Assembly: GCA_963555815.3 (NCBI GenBank)
Contig: CAUVWX020000001.1
Location: 160,001 to 224,000, forward strand
DNA: 64,000 nt
From: a bacterium
Lineage (GTDB): Bacteria > UBA8248 > JACPRG01 > G963555815
Direction: 5' to 3'
Part shown: positions 10,959 to 20,140 of the stretch, one piece after another
Position numbering within the stretch: the first letter of the stretch is position 1
How the letters are laid out: every line of letters begins with the position of its first letter
The notes under the pieces: generated by a model
Databases searched by the model: none
What the model saw: only the letters and a program-made list of their open reading frames with translations
What the model was told of the DNA's origin: nothing
Position numbers and translations under genes: made by a program

Positions 10959-11363
10959 ATGGCAGAAAAGATTATCAAGACCGACGAGGAGTGGAAGAAG
11001 GAGCTCACGTCGGAGCAGTTTGCAGTCGCCCGGCAAAAAGGCACGGAACCTGCTTTTTCAGGCGAACACCACGACAGCAAGGAGAAGGGAACTTATCAGT
11101 GCGTCTGCTGCGGGGCGGAACTTTTCAGCTCAGACACGAAATTTGATTCCAGGACAGGCTGGCCAAGCTTCTACGAACCGATGTCGCATGAGAACATCAA
11201 AAGTGAAAAGGATGACAGCCACGGGATGACAAGGGTGGAGGTGCTTTGCAGCGCGTGCGACGCCCATCTGGGCCATGTCTTCAAAGACGGTCCGAAGCCG
11301 ACTGGACTCCGCTACTGCATCAATTCCGCTTCCCTCAAGCTCGACAAAAAAGAAGCGCAATAA
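10959..11363 (+). CDS. msrB: Peptide-methionine (R)-S-oxide reductase
   Basis: GTEPAF, CxxC pairs, [22 protein letters not shown] 10959 behind GAGG. Confidence 0.97.
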   Translation: MAEKIIKTDEEWKKELTSEQFAVARQKGTEPAFSGEHHDSKEKGTYQCVCCGAELFSSDTKFDSRTGWPSFYEPMSHENIKSEKDDSHGMTRVEVLCSACDAHLGHVFKDGPKPTGLRYCINSASLKLDKKEAQ

Positions 11364-11369
11364 AAAGGT

Positions 11370-12428
11370 TTATTGCCTCGCCAGCGGGCCCGACCTCTCC
11401 AGCTCTCTAAAAATCTCCCGGGCGATCATCTCGTTCCCCTCCCGAGTGAGGTGGACGGCATCGTAGAGCATGTCCGCGTGAACGACCCCTGTGAGCGTCG
11501 AGGCGTCCAGGACAGGTAGTCCCTGATCTCTTCCCAGCGTCTCTATGACCGTCAGCACCTTGACGTAGAAGTCCCGGTCCCAGGCCCGTTCGAGCGCCAT
11601 TGAGTCCGCAATCAGGTTTTTAGAAATCTCGCCTTTGATGAGGACGGGCTGTTTAATGAGGTAGACATCCACCCCGCTGCTTTTTGCCACGCCCACCATC
11701 TCCTCCATGTAGCCCCGGTAATCCGAGAACTGGACATAGAGCCGGTCCAGAAAGGAGTTCTTGTTTGTGAAATAGGTCAGCTTCTCAGAGAGCGTCAGGA
11801 AGAGAAGGCTTCGGCTCTCGAGAAAGCGTCGGAGCAGGGCCAGGCGGTTACGAGGGTCTCCTTCACTGGTCACGGTATAGTGGTTATACATGCTCATGAT
11901 GAGGATGAGATTTGGCCGAAGGGGGAGGATCTCCTCCCGCAAGAGGTGACGCAGCATGGCGGGGTTGGCGCCGGGAAGGCCGGCGTTGATAACCTCGAAG
12001 CGGCCAGGCCCGGCGCGAGCGTCCAGGAGGTGTCGGAGGATAGCCGGGAAGGTCTCCTCGTCGTTATTGAAAGCGCCGAAGGTGGATGAGCCGCCAAGGA
12101 CCGCGATGCGGAAGACGTCCGGAGATTTTTCCAAGGGGAAGTCTGGTCCGCGAAGTCCGTATAAGTTGACGTACATCTCCTGCGTCCCGCGCGGGGTCTC
12201 GTTACGAGAGAATCCAGGCATCAACTTGTAGTAATCCCCCTTCTTCTCCACGTCGTACCTGAAGATCTCGCGGACGGAAGAGATCACGTCGGGCTTCAGC
12301 CCGTAGAGGAGCCAGTGCCTGGGACTGTGGCGAAAGGCATAACGGACCCGCTGGGTTCCCTCTAGGATCACAAAGAGCCCGACAATGACGATGAGGGAAA
12401 AGAGGATATTTTTACCGATTGTCTTCAT
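11370..12428 (-). CDS. SGNH/GDSL hydrolase family protein with N-terminal membrane anchor
   Basis: LGGSSTFG block I, VINAGLPG, DAVHLT block V. Confidence 0.85.
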   Translation of the reverse strand: MKTIGKNILFSLIVIVGLFVILEGTQRVRYAFRHSPRHWLLYGLKPDVISSVREIFRYDVEKKGDYYKLMPGFSRNETPRGTQEMYVNLYGLRGPDFPLEKSPDVFRIAVLGGSSTFGAFNNDEETFPAILRHLLDARAGPGRFEVINAGLPGANPAMLRHLLREEILPLRPNLILIMSMYNHYTVTSEGDPRNRLALLRRFLESRSLLFLTLSEKLTYFTNKNSFLDRLYVQFSDYRGYMEEMVGVAKSSGVDVYLIKQPVLIKGEISKNLIADSMALERAWDRDFYVKVLTVIETLGRDQGLPVLDASTLTGVVHADMLYDAVHLTREGNEMIAREIFRELERSGPLARQ

Positions 12429-12628
12429 AGATATCCGATCAGAAAGCCCGTCCCGGGCAGACCCACTCCTGGGGCCACGGCGGGAATAAACACACCCCCA
12501 TGGACCGCATCAGCAAGAGGTATTTACAGAAGATTGGGGTCAAAGCCAAGGGTGGTCCAGGCGGTGTTCGCCAAGGCGCCTCAGTGAGGAGATTCCCACC
12601 CCCACCGAGTTGCCAGGAATCTCTCCGG

Positions 12629-14836
12629 CTACACCTCCTTTGGCGTCACGTAGACCTCTCTGGGCTTAACGCCGTCTGAAGGGCTGACAAGCCCCTCTTT
12701 TTCCATTCGCTCGATCATTCGGGCGGCTCGGTTATACCCCACCCGAAGGCGCCTCTGAACCATCGAAATGGAAGCCTGGCGCAACTTGGAGACCAGATCC
12801 ACCGCCTCCTGGTATTTTTCATCGTCCTCAACCTCTGCCCCTTCTTCCTCGGCCTGCACAGTGGGGAGAAAGAGGGAATCGTCATAGACGGACTCGCCCT
12901 GTTTCTTCAAAAATTCGGTCACCCGGGAGATCTCCTGCTCCGAGACGAAAGCCCCGTGGATGCGGGCGAGGTGAGAGGTGCCGGGGGGAAGGAAGAGCAT
13001 GTCTCCCCGGCCAAGGAGGCGCTCTGCCCCGTTGGCGTCGAGAATGGTTCGGGAATCCGTCTTGGAGGAGACCTGAAAGGAGATCCGGGCGGGAAAGTTG
13101 GCCTTGATGAGGCCCGTCAGGACATCCACCGAGGGACGCTGCGTCGCCACCAGGAGGTGGATCCCGGCGGCCCTCGCCATCTGGGCAAGGCGGGTCAGAG
13201 AATCCTCCACATCGCGAGAGGAGACCATCATGAGGTCAGCCAGTTCATCAATCACCACCACGATATAGGGAAGGGGCCCCTCCTCTTCGGAGGTTTCTGG
13301 CTTCTTCATGGCAATGAGCCTGTTATACCCCGCGATGTTCCTCACCCCTTTCGCGGAGAGGAGGGCATAACGTCTTTCCATCTCCTCGATCACCCCCCGC
13401 AGGGCCAAGGCCGCCCGCTTCGGGTTTGTGACGACGGGGGCCAGAAGGTGCGGGATCCCCTCATAGACAGAGAGCTCCAGCATCTTCGGATCGATCATGA
13501 TGAACTTCGCCTCCTCGGGCGAGACGTGAAAAAGGAGGGAGCAGACCATGGCGTTGATCCCCACGCTCTTCCCCGAGCCCGTGGCCCCGGCGATGAGGAG
13601 GTGTGGGATCTGGGCGAGGTCCGTGATGACGGGTCGGCCCAGGATGTCTTTTCCAAGTGCAAGGGGAAGCCGTCCCTGCTGCGAGTTAAATTCCTCAGAG
13701 GCCAGGATCTCTTTCAGGGCGACGGGCTGTCGGACTGCGTTCGGGATCTCGATCCCGACGGCCGCCTTCCCCGGGATAGGAGCCACGATTCGGACCGCGA
13801 GGGCACGCATGGAAAGGGCCAAGTCATCGGAAAGGTTCGCGATCTTGCTCACCTTGATGCCCGCGGCGGGGGAAAATTCAAACATGGTGACGACGGGTCC
13901 GTGGAGAACCTGGAGAACCCGGCCCTCCACGCCATAGTCACGGAGCTTCTCCTCTAAGAGGGCAGAGCGCTGGGTGAGCTCTTCCCGGGCCACGCCGGAA
14001 AGCGCGGGAGGCGGATCTTCCAGGAGGGAGAGGGAGGGAAGGGTGTGGGGAGGACGCTTTCTGGATGACGCCTTCGAGATGTCAGGAGGAAGGGCGATGA
14101 TGGGACTTGGGGGGGGGTCCCCTCTGTCTGGTTCCCCCAAACTCACTTCGGACACCTGAGGTCTCACAGGGGGCTCCGCAAATCTGATCTCCTCTTTCTT
14201 CACCGTAACTCTTTCAGATCTCCACTTCCGGATCCGGGCCACGAGGGTCTGAAAGGCCGCAAAGAGAGCTTTTAGTCCCAGGATCAACCCGGATCTGGCT
14301 TGGACGAGAACACGACGTGCCAGGAGGAGGACGGCCACTGAGGCGGCGAGGAGGAGGATGAGATAGCCCCCCGGACCGCCAAAGTATCGGAAAAGGGCGG
14401 GGGCCAAAACTCCCCCCAACAGACCTCCCGCCTGGATGTCAGGCCCGAAGAAGGGGTCCACCAGAACCAGCCCCCGGACAAAGATCGCCACGGCCGCCCC
14501 GGCCAGCGTGAGGCCAAGGCCAAGGCTCAGGGGGTTTTTGACCAAGCGGTGGCGAATCCAGAAGAGTCCCACCCAGAGGGACGCAAGGGGGATCACCCAG
14601 GCGCTTAGCCCGAAGAGCTGCGCGAGGAGGTCGGCCATATAGGCCCCGACAACCCCGCCGCTATTTTGGACCTCCCAACCGGGGGGAGCGGTCCGACTAA
14701 AGGAAGGGTCCTCGGGATGAAAAGTGAAGAGGGCCATCCCGAGAAAGAAAGCGAGTCCAAAAAGGACAAGAGAAAAAGATTCGAGGAGGGGGGGAGTTCG
14801 CCAAGAATATCCCCTTTCGGTTTTTCTTCTTTCCAA
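12629..14836 (-). CDS. ftsK: DNA translocase FtsK
   Basis: N-terminal TM domain, AGATGSGKS, IDELADLM, ATQRPS, gamma domain SMVQRRLRVGYNRAAR; start put at TTG 14836 (ORF track gives 14869). Confidence 0.96.
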   Translation of the reverse strand: MERRKTERGYSWRTPPLLESFSLVLFGLAFFLGMALFTFHPEDPSFSRTAPPGWEVQNSGGVVGAYMADLLAQLFGLSAWVIPLASLWVGLFWIRHRLVKNPLSLGLGLTLAGAAVAIFVRGLVLVDPFFGPDIQAGGLLGGVLAPALFRYFGGPGGYLILLLAASVAVLLLARRVLVQARSGLILGLKALFAAFQTLVARIRKWRSERVTVKKEEIRFAEPPVRPQVSEVSLGEPDRGDPPPSPIIALPPDISKASSRKRPPHTLPSLSLLEDPPPALSGVAREELTQRSALLEEKLRDYGVEGRVLQVLHGPVVTMFEFSPAAGIKVSKIANLSDDLALSMRALAVRIVAPIPGKAAVGIEIPNAVRQPVALKEILASEEFNSQQGRLPLALGKDILGRPVITDLAQIPHLLIAGATGSGKSVGINAMVCSLLFHVSPEEAKFIMIDPKMLELSVYEGIPHLLAPVVTNPKRAALALRGVIEEMERRYALLSAKGVRNIAGYNRLIAMKKPETSEEEGPLPYIVVVIDELADLMMVSSRDVEDSLTRLAQMARAAGIHLLVATQRPSVDVLTGLIKANFPARISFQVSSKTDSRTILDANGAERLLGRGDMLFLPPGTSHLARIHGAFVSEQEISRVTEFLKKQGESVYDDSLFLPTVQAEEEGAEVEDDEKYQEAVDLVSKLRQASISMVQRRLRVGYNRAARMIERMEKEGLVSPSDGVKPREVYVTPKEV

Positions 14837-15026
14837 GGGGGCCCTCCCTAACAGGCAACCTCGCTGCAATGCAACCTCTCAAAGTCTCCTCCAATATACT
14901 GCACACGGATACGATTATCTAATCAAAAGCGAAACTTCAGCCTATCGTAAAAAGCATCATGATCTGTCTTTCGCCGGTGGTCCTCGCGACGGGGGACGGC
15001 CAGAAAAAAGCGTTAAGGAGGAAAGC

Positions 15027-15770
15027 CTACTTCCCAAGATTCGAGCGGTGTTTGAGGAGAAGGCTTAAGTTGGCCATGATGTTTCTTAGGACCCTCATCT
15101 TGCTCTGTCCCCTTTTTGTCCCGTAGCGGTAAACGTGGGGAACCTGATCTGCCGTCCTGACGAAGGGCCGGACCTTGAGGAGAAGGTCAACATTGGCGGC
15201 GAATCCCCGACTCTCAAAGAGCCTTCCCTTGTGCTCCGCCCAGGCTCGCCGCAGGAGAGCCCCCCGGTATGCCCGATAGAAGATGGTGTGGTCGGAGAAG
15301 TTCGGGATGGGGAAAAAGGTCCGGTAGATCCAGTTCGCCGCAAGGCTGAGGAAGTGGCGAAAAAGGGGGAAGTTCTCGTATCCTCCGCCGGAAAGAAACC
15401 GGGAGGCCCCAACGAGATCTGCCCCTGACGCTATCTTGTGGAGCATGGCCGGGAAAAGGCTCGGGTCATTCGTCCCGTCCCCCTCCGCCACCACGACGAC
15501 ATCCTCCTCAGAAAGGTGGTCCATGACCGATGAAAATCCACTGCGAAAGACCTCCTGGACGCCGAGGTTGCGTGGGTGTCTCACGAGACGCAGGGAGACG
15601 GAAGGAGGGAGGGTCTCCATCACCTCAGCTGTGCGGTCCGTGCTGCCATCGTCCACAACAACGGCTTGATAACTGTAAGAGGCGCCCCTGAGGACCCGGT
15701 CGATGTCTCGCAGAAGCCCGCCCAGGGTTTCCGCCTCGTTGTAAGAGGGAATGATGACGCGGACTTGCAT
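15027..15770 (-). CDS. Glycosyltransferase family 2 (polyprenol-phosphate glycosyltransferase-like)
   Basis: IIPSYNE, VDDGSTD, EGDG, GASRF. Confidence 0.88.
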   Translation of the reverse strand: MQVRVIIPSYNEAETLGGLLRDIDRVLRGASYSYQAVVVDDGSTDRTAEVMETLPPSVSLRLVRHPRNLGVQEVFRSGFSSVMDHLSEEDVVVVAEGDGTNDPSLFPAMLHKIASGADLVGASRFLSGGGYENFPLFRHFLSLAANWIYRTFFPIPNFSDHTIFYRAYRGALLRRAWAEHKGRLFESRGFAANVDLLLKVRPFVRTADQVPHVYRYGTKRGQSKMRVLRNIMANLSLLLKHRSNLGK

Positions 15771-15843
15771 GTGCGCCCAAACCCGCTTCGGTCATCCCCG
15801 GAGAAAGGCCGGGGGGGACTCGAGATCCCTGGTGCCCACCGGG

Positions 15844-16617
15844 CTAGAACAGGAAGGTAAAGGCTACACTATAGTTGATTTCGCTGTCGGTGTCGTCTGC
15901 GATGAGGTCAACGGTGGTGCCCGCGATAATGGTGAGAACCTCGGTGACCGGCGACGTGAGCCCGAGGGTCAGGCCCAGCCGGCTGGGGTCCATGGCGTCC
16001 AGGTCTTCATAGGTAAAGTTTAACTCCAGGACCGGCTGAAGGAGGGGAATCACGAAGTACCCAAAGCCCAGGTCAGCGCCAAGACCCCACTCGTCCTCGT
16101 CATCGGCGAAGAAAACGATATCTGCGTCGGTGGAAAAACGGTCTGTGAAATTCCGCGTGAAGATGAGACCAAGCTCCCCCACCCATCTTGAGTCAGGACC
16201 GGAACGGGTCGGGACCGTCAACCCGGCCTGGAGGGCAACCGACGGATAGGGTCCCGACTCTTCCAAGAATTCATACTTCGCGCCCAACCCCACATCACGC
16301 GCCGAGGTATCGCCCTCACCTGCATCATTAGAAGAGAAGGTGGCGCCGAAGATGCCCCCGACTTCCAGCCCCTTGGCTGCGCCCCAGGTGATGCGAACCC
16401 CCCCTTCCCCTCCCTCGGTATCCGCTGCGTCGTCCACGCTCGTGAACTGAAAAAAAGGTTCCACCTCCAATCGGCCCTTTTCTACAGGCCCGGTGTTGGG
16501 GAGCACTACTTTTGAGTTAGAGATCCCGTCAACGCCATGGGCCAGCCCATAGCTGAGGACGATCCCCACCAGGCACAAGATAGATGTCCAAGACCAGCGC
16601 ATTCTCACGAGAGTCAT
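15844..16617 (-). CDS. Putative outer-membrane beta-barrel channel/transporter
   Basis: Signal peptide, amphipathic beta strands, acidic loops, C-terminal FTFLF. Confidence 0.65.
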   Translation of the reverse strand: MTLVRMRWSWTSILCLVGIVLSYGLAHGVDGISNSKVVLPNTGPVEKGRLEVEPFFQFTSVDDAADTEGGEGGVRITWGAAKGLEVGGIFGATFSSNDAGEGDTSARDVGLGAKYEFLEESGPYPSVALQAGLTVPTRSGPDSRWVGELGLIFTRNFTDRFSTDADIVFFADDEDEWGLGADLGFGYFVIPLLQPVLELNFTYEDLDAMDPSRLGLTLGLTSPVTEVLTIIAGTTVDLIADDTDSEINYSVAFTFLF

Positions 16618-16649
16618 CCAGAATTCGTAGTTCGATTACTCTTAACATA

Positions 16650-16669
16650 AAGTTAGACTAATCTAACTT
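16650..16669. promoter_or_regulatory. Palindromic operator AAGTTAGA-CTAA-TCTAACTT (TTAG-N6-CTAA core, DtxR/MntR-like)
   Basis: 8-bp perfect inverted repeat in an AT-rich divergent intergenic region, about 30 bp upstream of the barrel gene. Confidence 0.55.
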
Positions 16670-16787
16670 ATGATTTCATTCTACCTTACTTAATTTATTT
16701 GTCAAGGCCCCAGGCCGTTCGCCACCGGAACCCTTTCCAAGACTCGGCGAGGTTGCTATAGTGCAACTCATTGGAGGTCTTCTGGCC

Positions 16788-17300
16788 ATGAAGGGACCCG
16801 CTTCGAGCTGGTCCGCAAAACTCTACAAGGAGATGAAGAAGGCGGGCATCCGCCTTTGCGTGAGCCTTCCCGACAGCTGGCTCTCTGACCTCATCGTGCG
16901 CATGGAGGCTGACCCGGAGATGATCCACGTCCCGGTGAGCCAAGAGGAGGAGGGCATGGGCGTCTGTTGCGGCGCGGTGGCTGGGGGGATGCGGGCGGCT
17001 CTCGTGGTGCAGAACGTGGGGGTCATGAACAGTTTAGGTGCCCTCGCCACCTTCCCCATTTCCTATGGCATCCCCTTTCTCCTCATCATCTCGGATCGGG
17101 GGCGGCTCGGCGATCAAGCCTTCTACGACGTGGAGAAGGGGAAGAACGCAAGGGCCCTCCTCGCCCAGATTGGAATTCAGCATTTCGATATCCCCGCTGA
17201 CTTCCACGCCCGGGGAACGGTGCCCGACGCCTACGGGCTGGCTGAGGCGGCCCAGAAGCCGATCGCCCTCCTCATTACCCGGGAGACCTTCGGCGCGTGA
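16788..17300 (+). CDS. TPP-dependent sulfopyruvate/phosphonopyruvate decarboxylase-like alpha subunit (ComD-like)
   Basis: SLPDSWL, EEEGMGVCCG, QNVGVMNS, SDRG; ATG 16788 behind GGAGG. Confidence 0.8.
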   Translation: MKGPASSWSAKLYKEMKKAGIRLCVSLPDSWLSDLIVRMEADPEMIHVPVSQEEEGMGVCCGAVAGGMRAALVVQNVGVMNSLGALATFPISYGIPFLLIISDRGRLGDQAFYDVEKGKNARALLAQIGIQHFDIPADFHARGTVPDAYGLAEAAQKPIALLITRETFGA

Positions 17301-17866
17301 ATCAGCGAGACGCCTTTCAAACGCTGGCCAAGTACGTGAGGGATGAGCTGGTGGTAACTGGGATCGGCTCCCAGACCCAGCTCTGGCACTCGGTCTTCCA
17401 CCGGCCCGGGAATTTCTATCTGAGCGGGCCCATGGGCCTAGCCGTCCCCGTCAGTCTCGGGCTGGCCCTCGCCCGTCCCAAGGATCGGGTCATCGTCGTT
17501 GAGGGAGACGGCTCCCTTCTGATGAACCTGGGTGCCCTTGCTGCTGTCGCCCATCACCGGCCCAAGAACCTCCTCATCCTCATTATGGACAACGAGTGCT
17601 ACGACCTCACGGGGATCCAGCCCATGGTGAACCAGGGGAGAACCGATCTACAAAAAATCGCTCAGGGCATGGGGATCAAAGAGACCTATGAGGCGGGGCG
17701 AAAGGCGGACCTCGCCCAAGCCCTTCAGGCGGCCCAGGGGCGAAAACGCCCCGCCTTCATCTGGGCCCGCCTAAAGCCTCTGGGTGAAAAGCCTCCCCCC
17801 TTCCCCTATCCGCCCCATGAGACTAAATACAATTTCTGGCAGCATATCCGGGGGCGGGACCGCTAG
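17297..17866 (+). CDS. TPP-binding decarboxylase beta subunit (ComE-like)
   Basis: GPMGLA, GDGSLLMN...DN TPP motif; GTGA overlap with the alpha subunit. Confidence 0.82.
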   Translation: MNQRDAFQTLAKYVRDELVVTGIGSQTQLWHSVFHRPGNFYLSGPMGLAVPVSLGLALARPKDRVIVVEGDGSLLMNLGALAAVAHHRPKNLLILIMDNECYDLTGIQPMVNQGRTDLQKIAQGMGIKETYEAGRKADLAQALQAAQGRKRPAFIWARLKPLGEKPPPFPYPPHETKYNFWQHIRGRDR

Positions 17867-17931
17867 GGAGATGAGATGGCATCAACCTTCCCCGGTGGGC
17901 ATTTTCTCGGAGGAAGTCGAGGGGCCAAAAA

Positions 17932-18366
17932 ATGGGTCTGTTCTATGACCATATCGCCCTGGCGGTGACCGACATCGACCGCTCGATCGCCTTCTATCAT
18001 GGGGTCATGGGCCTTACGGGGGGCAAGCGACACTTCCAGAAGGATGGGCGCGAGCAGGCAATCTTTGGCGTGGGCGAAGGCATCCTGGTCCTCTTTCACC
18101 TGCCCCGATACGAGCCGAAGAAGCGATCTCCTCGCTCAGGCATGCACCATCTGGCTTTCGGTCTCGATCCAAAAGACTACGATGCCATCGTGAAGCGCTG
18201 TGAGGAACAGGACGTCCGGATCGAGCGTGCCGCCATCAACTCCGGGGCCAAGGGGAAGGGCCTGGCCACCTATTTTTATGACCCTGATGGAAACGAGATC
18301 GAGATCAAAAAATATGTAGATGACCCGAATTTCCGAGAACTCGAAGCGGAAGGTTACGAAATTTGA
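17932..18366 (+). CDS. VOC/glyoxalase family protein
   Basis: DHIALAVTD, HHLAF, YFYDPDGNEIE. Confidence 0.9.
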   Translation: MGLFYDHIALAVTDIDRSIAFYHGVMGLTGGKRHFQKDGREQAIFGVGEGILVLFHLPRYEPKKRSPRSGMHHLAFGLDPKDYDAIVKRCEEQDVRIERAAINSGAKGKGLATYFYDPDGNEIEIKKYVDDPNFRELEAEGYEI

Positions 18367-19781
18367 CGAGGAGGGGCGGCTTGGCAAGAGGACGGAAGAA
18401 ACCCTGGGGTGGCCGATTCACGGCGGAAAGCTCCCCCTCGGCCGAGGCCTTTACCGAATCTGTATCCTTTGACCAGAGACTCTGTCTCCACGATGTCCAC
18501 GGCAGCATCGCTCACGCCCGGATGCTGGCCAAGTGCGGCATCATCTCACGGACCGAGGGTCAAAAACTCGTCAAGGGGCTTCGGGCCATTGAGAAAGAGA
18601 TGGTGGAGGGGAAATTCCCCTTCGACCCAGGCCTGGAGGATATCCACATGAACGTGGAGGCCCGTCTCATGAAGAAGGTGGGCCCCCTCGGCGGGAAACT
18701 CCACACCGCAAGAAGCCGAAACGATCAGGTGGCCCTCGATCTCCGCCTCTATCTCAGGGACGCCATCCTGGAGATCCAAAAGGCCATCCGCCGCCTCAAG
18801 AAAGTCCTCCTGGATCTGGGCGAGAAGAACCTGGATGTGGTCATGGCGGGATACACCCACCTTCGCCGCGCCCAGCCGATCCTCTTCGCCCACCACCTCC
18901 TCGCCTATGTCGAGATGTTGAAACGGGATGAGGAGCGCCTCATCCAGTGCGCCGAGCGGGTCAACGTCCTCCCCTTGGGCAGCGGGGCCCTCAGCGGGAC
19001 CTCCTATCCCATCGACCGGGCTTACGTGGCAAAACTCCTGGGCTTCGGGGGGGTCTCCCAAAACAGCCTGGACGCCGTCTCGGACAGAGACTTCGTCGTA
19101 GAGTTCTTGGCCGCTGTCTCGCTCCTGATGATGCACTTAAGCCGTTTTGCCGATGAGCTCATCCTCTGGTCGGGGGAGGAGTTCGGTTTCCTGACGCTTC
19201 CTGAAACCTTCTGCACCGGAAGCTCGATGATGCCTCAGAAGAAGAACCCCGATGTCCTGGAGCTGCTTCGGGGGAAAACGGGCCGGGTCTACGGTGCGCT
19301 CGTGAGTGTGCTGACCCTTCTCAAAGGTCTCCCCCTCACCTATCACCGGGATCTCCAAGAGGACAAGGAACCCCTCTTTGACGCAGTGGACACTGTGCTG
19401 GCGAGTCTAAAAGTCCTGGCAGAGCTGGTCAGGGGGATTTCACTCTCCCCCGCCCAGAAGGCCCGCCTTCGAGAGGCGGCTGAGGGTGATTTCACCCTCG
19501 CCACGGAGATGGCCGACTATCTTGTTCGAAAAGGGGTCCCCTTTCGCCAGGCTCACCAGATCACGGGCCGCGTCGTCCGGCACTGCGAGGCCCAGAATCT
19601 GGGCCTTCGGGACCTGGATCTGAAGGGTCTTCGCCGTTTTTCGAAGGTGTTCGAAGCCGATGTCTTTGAGGCCCTGACCGTGGAGCGGGCCCTTCAGTCC
19701 CGCTCCAGCCCCGGAGGTACGGCCCCACGTAATGTCCGACGCCGTCTTAGAGAGGAGCGAAAAGGATGCGGACCTTTGTGA
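18363..19781 (+). CDS. argH: Argininosuccinate lyase
   Basis: WGGRF, HTARSRNDQ, GYTHL, GSSMMPQKKNPD. Confidence 0.97.
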   Translation: MTRRGGLARGRKKPWGGRFTAESSPSAEAFTESVSFDQRLCLHDVHGSIAHARMLAKCGIISRTEGQKLVKGLRAIEKEMVEGKFPFDPGLEDIHMNVEARLMKKVGPLGGKLHTARSRNDQVALDLRLYLRDAILEIQKAIRRLKKVLLDLGEKNLDVVMAGYTHLRRAQPILFAHHLLAYVEMLKRDEERLIQCAERVNVLPLGSGALSGTSYPIDRAYVAKLLGFGGVSQNSLDAVSDRDFVVEFLAAVSLLMMHLSRFADELILWSGEEFGFLTLPETFCTGSSMMPQKKNPDVLELLRGKTGRVYGALVSVLTLLKGLPLTYHRDLQEDKEPLFDAVDTVLASLKVLAELVRGISLSPAQKARLREAAEGDFTLATEMADYLVRKGVPFRQAHQITGRVVRHCEAQNLGLRDLDLKGLRRFSKVFEADVFEALTVERALQSRSSPGGTAPRNVRRRLREERKGCGPL

Positions 19782-19882
19782 TCTTGGCCCTGATCGCTGC
19801 CCTTCTCGGGGCAGGGATCGGCTGCGGGAAAAAAGCGGAACCAGAAGTTCCAAAAGAGCCTATTTTTCCCGCAATCCGTTAA
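19766..19882 (+). CDS. Small lipoprotein (YifL/LptM-like), 38 aa
   Basis: MRTFVILALIAALLGAGIGCGKKAEPEVP...; lipobox followed by CGKK; GAGGAG upstream; overlaps the argH 3' end. Confidence 0.65.
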   Translation: MRTFVILALIAALLGAGIGCGKKAEPEVPKEPIFPAIR

Positions 19883-20140
19883 AGGGGTCTAAATCGTCTG
19901 ATTAGGTGCTTCGCGCCCGTGGATCCGGCTGGTCCTAGGCGTGAAACGCTCTGTATCTGTGGCGAAAGGTCTTGCGAGGGACCTAGATATAAAGTATATT
20001 GCTTTAAAGGAGAAATCTGTGGGCAACCTGAGCGGACGCTCGGGGTGCTGGATGCCCATTTGATTCGCCTGCCCTTGCAGGCCCAGCGGGGTTAACGAGG
20101 GCTTTCAACGAAAGCTTTCAAAGAGAAGGGTTGCGCAATC

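Noticed and set aside
10959..11363. Selenocysteine recoding in msrB or the DUF3179 protein
   Set aside because: Both have ordinary Cys codons at the redox positions and no in-frame TGA
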